This document shows, piece after piece, positions 23,457-25,190 of a stretch of DNA of 25,190 nucleotides; position 1 is the first letter of the stretch; each line of letters starts with the position of its first letter. Source of the stretch: a virus (Duplodnaviria > Caudoviricetes). The translations under genes were made by a program, and so were the position numbers. Under the pieces are notes generated by a model. The model saw only the letters and a list, made by a program, of their open reading frames with translations, did not search any database and had not been told where the DNA came from. The DNA lies in the IMG/VR virus record IMGVR_UViG_3300037484_001503, positions 1 to 25,190 of that record; one strand, given 5' to 3'.

Positions 23457-23571
23457 GACGGTTCGTAGATCGCGGGTGGCGCGTGTATCAGCCACCGCAG
23501 GTCCGAGCTCTGGAAGGGTTCGAGAACCGCGCCCCGGTGGGGCCGAATTCACTTCCGTTCATTTCGGTCTC
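23455..23571 (+). promoter_or_regulatory. Structured 5' leader of the major capsid gene
   Basis: Six mutually compatible stems found by eye, including GCCCC-GGT-GGGGC at 23531-23543. RBS-like TAAGGAG and GAAGGA lie just outside the structure. Confidence 0.55.
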
Positions 23572-23589
23572 TAAGGAGAAGAAGGACAA

Positions 23590-24735
23590 ATGGCCAACAC
23601 GCTGACGTACGTCATCCCACAGCTGCTCGCGCAGGGGCTCGTCGCGCTCCGGCAGCAGTCGATCATGGCGAGGATCGTGAACCGCGGCTACGAAGAGCTC
23701 GCCGGAGATAAGGGCTCCACGATCGACATCCCGATTCCGTCGGCCGTCGCGATCGGAGACGTTGCTCCCGCCGCGACTCCGCCCGCGGTGACCTCGGAGC
23801 TCTCTCCCACGAAGGTCAGCATCCAGCTGAACCTCTGGAAGGAGGCTTCGTTCTACCTGACCGACAAGGACATGCTCGAGGCGATGAACGGGACGATCCC
23901 GATGCAGGCGTCCGAAGCCGCAAAGACGCTCGCGAACCAGATCGACTCGGACATCCTCGCGCTGTACAAGAAGGTCTACGGATGGGCGGGCACGGCCGGC
24001 GTCACGCCCATGGAGACGGACCTGAAGTCGTACCTCGCCGCGAGGAAGACCCTCGCACAGCAGCTGGCTCCGCTGGAGCCCCGCTACTGCATCATCGACC
24101 CGACCGCCGAGGCGAACGCTCTCGGGCTGCGGGCCTTCCAGGACACCTCGTTCCGCGGTGACCAGGGAGGGATCATCAACGGACAGATCGGGATGAAGCT
24201 GGGAGCCCTGTGGGCCGTGGACCAGAACATTCCGACGCACACCCTCGCAGCCGCGACGGGCGGCACGATCGCACTCGACTTCGGGGGCGGCTACGCTCTC
24301 GGAACGAAGACGGTCCACATGGACGGGTTCACCGTGAAGCCCGCCGAAGGCGACGTCTTCACCATCGCGGGGGACGACCAGACGTACTCCGTTGTCAGTT
24401 CGACCGTTCTCGCCGGGACGGATTCCGACGTGACGTTCGAGCCGGGGCTGAAGGTCGCGATCCCCGCGGTCGACGGTTCGGAAGTCGTGACGTGGAAGGA
24501 CACGCACACGGTCAACCTGCTGTTCCATCGCGATGCGTTCGCCCTCGCGATGCGGCCGTTCATGGGCGCGGACCCGATGAACATCGGGAACTTCTCGAGC
24601 ATGGTCGACCCGATCAGCGGGATCGCGCTACGGCTCGAGGTCACCAGGGAGCACAAGCGGACGCGGTTCGCGTACGACGCTCTGTACGGGGTCGGATGTC
24701 CTCGTCCGGAGCTCGCAGTTCGGTTCGCCGGCTAG
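23590..24735 (+). CDS. Major capsid protein, P22 gp5 coat-protein family (HK97 fold with insertion domain)
   Basis: MANTL, VNR.Y, G.TI.IP.P, LANQID.D, DQNIP.HT, GDVFTIAG, NL.FHRDAFALA.RP, D.LYG motifs. Strongly G/C-ending codons. Confidence 0.93.
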   Translation: MANTLTYVIPQLLAQGLVALRQQSIMARIVNRGYEELAGDKGSTIDIPIPSAVAIGDVAPAATPPAVTSELSPTKVSIQLNLWKEASFYLTDKDMLEAMNGTIPMQASEAAKTLANQIDSDILALYKKVYGWAGTAGVTPMETDLKSYLAARKTLAQQLAPLEPRYCIIDPTAEANALGLRAFQDTSFRGDQGGIINGQIGMKLGALWAVDQNIPTHTLAAATGGTIALDFGGGYALGTKTVHMDGFTVKPAEGDVFTIAGDDQTYSVVSSTVLAGTDSDVTFEPGLKVAIPAVDGSEVVTWKDTHTVNLLFHRDAFALAMRPFMGADPMNIGNFSSMVDPISGIALRLEVTREHKRTRFAYDALYGVGCPRPELAVRFAG

Positions 24736-24753
24736 AAGCACTGAGCGCAGGCT

Positions 24754-24795
24754 GAGCGCTTCGCGACCTTACGTGAGCGTCGCGAAGCGCTCTTT
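24754..24795 (+). terminator. Putative (leaky) intrinsic terminator after MCP
   Basis: Perfect 14-bp stem GAGCGCTTCGCGAC (24754-24767) / GTCGCGAAGCGCTC (24779-24792), followed by only TTT. Confidence 0.7.
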
Positions 24796-24815
24796 CGAGG
24801 GAGGAGAAGTACGAG

Positions 24816-25127
24816 ATGTCCAAAGAGATCTTTTCGCCCGAGACCCTGAGTTCGGGGCTTCGGATCGCAATGGGTCAGCACACGACTGGAAGTGCTTCGG
24901 ACGAAGTCGTGACGGGCCTGAACAAGGTGCTCTTCGCGATCGCGAGCATGGAGGACGATCCGGTCGACGGTGCGATGGACGTGACAGCGATGGTCGGGAA
25001 TCAGACGGGAACACCCCCTGCTGGAAGCATCCTGATCAAGAGCTGGAAGAGCACCGATGGGGACGCCTCGTATCAGGCGGCTTCGACGGCTTCGAAGAAG
25101 GTCAACTGGCTCGCGTTCGGATCGTAA
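24816..25127 (+). CDS. Putative head decoration / virion protein (103 aa)
   Basis: RBS GGGAGGAG, directly after MCP. V.TGL..V and VNWLAFG C-terminal motif. Confidence 0.7.
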   Translation: MSKEIFSPETLSSGLRIAMGQHTTGSASDEVVTGLNKVLFAIASMEDDPVDGAMDVTAMVGNQTGTPPAGSILIKSWKSTDGDASYQAASTASKKVNWLAFGS

Positions 25128-25131
25128 GCTG

Positions 25132-25190
25132 ATGCAAGTCTTCGTCTACGGCCTTTCGGATCAGGCTACGCCTGAACATGTTCGCTATGT
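25132..25190 (+). CDS. 3'-truncated GIY-YIG endonuclease-like protein
   Basis: MQVFVYGLSDQATPEHVRY(V) matches the phage GIY-YIG N-terminus xxIYxLxD...RYVG. Only 19 full codons are visible. Confidence 0.6.
   Translation, partial: MQVFVYGLSDQATPEHVRY

Larger units (their letters stand above)
1..25190 (+). mobile_element. Tailed phage / prophage late region (lysis, appendage, packaging and head modules)
   Basis: TerL, portal, MuF, scaffold and major capsid genes in canonical order, plus an endolysin and fibre genes. All credible genes are on + with ATGA/TGATG/TAATG overlaps. No host housekeeping genes, integrase or att site in the window. Confidence 0.97.

Noticed and set aside
23511-23530. 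GGGTTCGAGAACC resembling a tRNA T-arm
   Set aside because: No consistent acceptor stem, D-arm, anticodon arm or CCA could be built around it.
22395-24528. Long minus-strand ORFs (304 aa and 346 aa) and other antisense ORFs throughout
   Set aside because: Shadows of high-GC3 plus-strand genes, with no motifs or RBS support.

Overview
This is a dense, all-plus-strand late-gene region of a tailed dsDNA phage or prophage (Caudoviricetes) with a GC-rich host. Two protein domains resemble, from recall only, families I associate with Acidobacteria/Vicinamibacteria. Gene order: truncated possible small terminase, TIGR02594/NlpC-P60-type endolysin, a cluster of membrane/exported and ultra-basic proteins, a SAM sugar-O-methyltransferase-like gene and two GT-A glycosyltransferases embedded among fibre/appendage genes (LamG, two Gly-rich paralogues, a 1247-aa Ala/Ser/Thr 20-aa-repeat protein), large terminase, DUF4055-type portal, an apparently split MuF head protein ending in a HipA/PI3-PI4K-like kinase with a candidate immunity gene, scaffold, P22-gp5-like major capsid protein, a small head protein and the start of a GIY-YIG nuclease. 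The most notable observations are: (1) four dispersed ultra-basic proteins that share short motifs (FxGNQYVKxA; FGGxGAFAGxGRGW), one of them sitting between the two apparent halves of MuF; (2) a MuF-kinase toxin/immunity pair; (3) a candidate virion glycosylation and glycan-methylation module; (4) a recurrent C-GGU-G hairpin at the scaffold and capsid translation starts, with a multi-stem capsid leader RNA. All family assignments come from motif recognition; no database searches were run.
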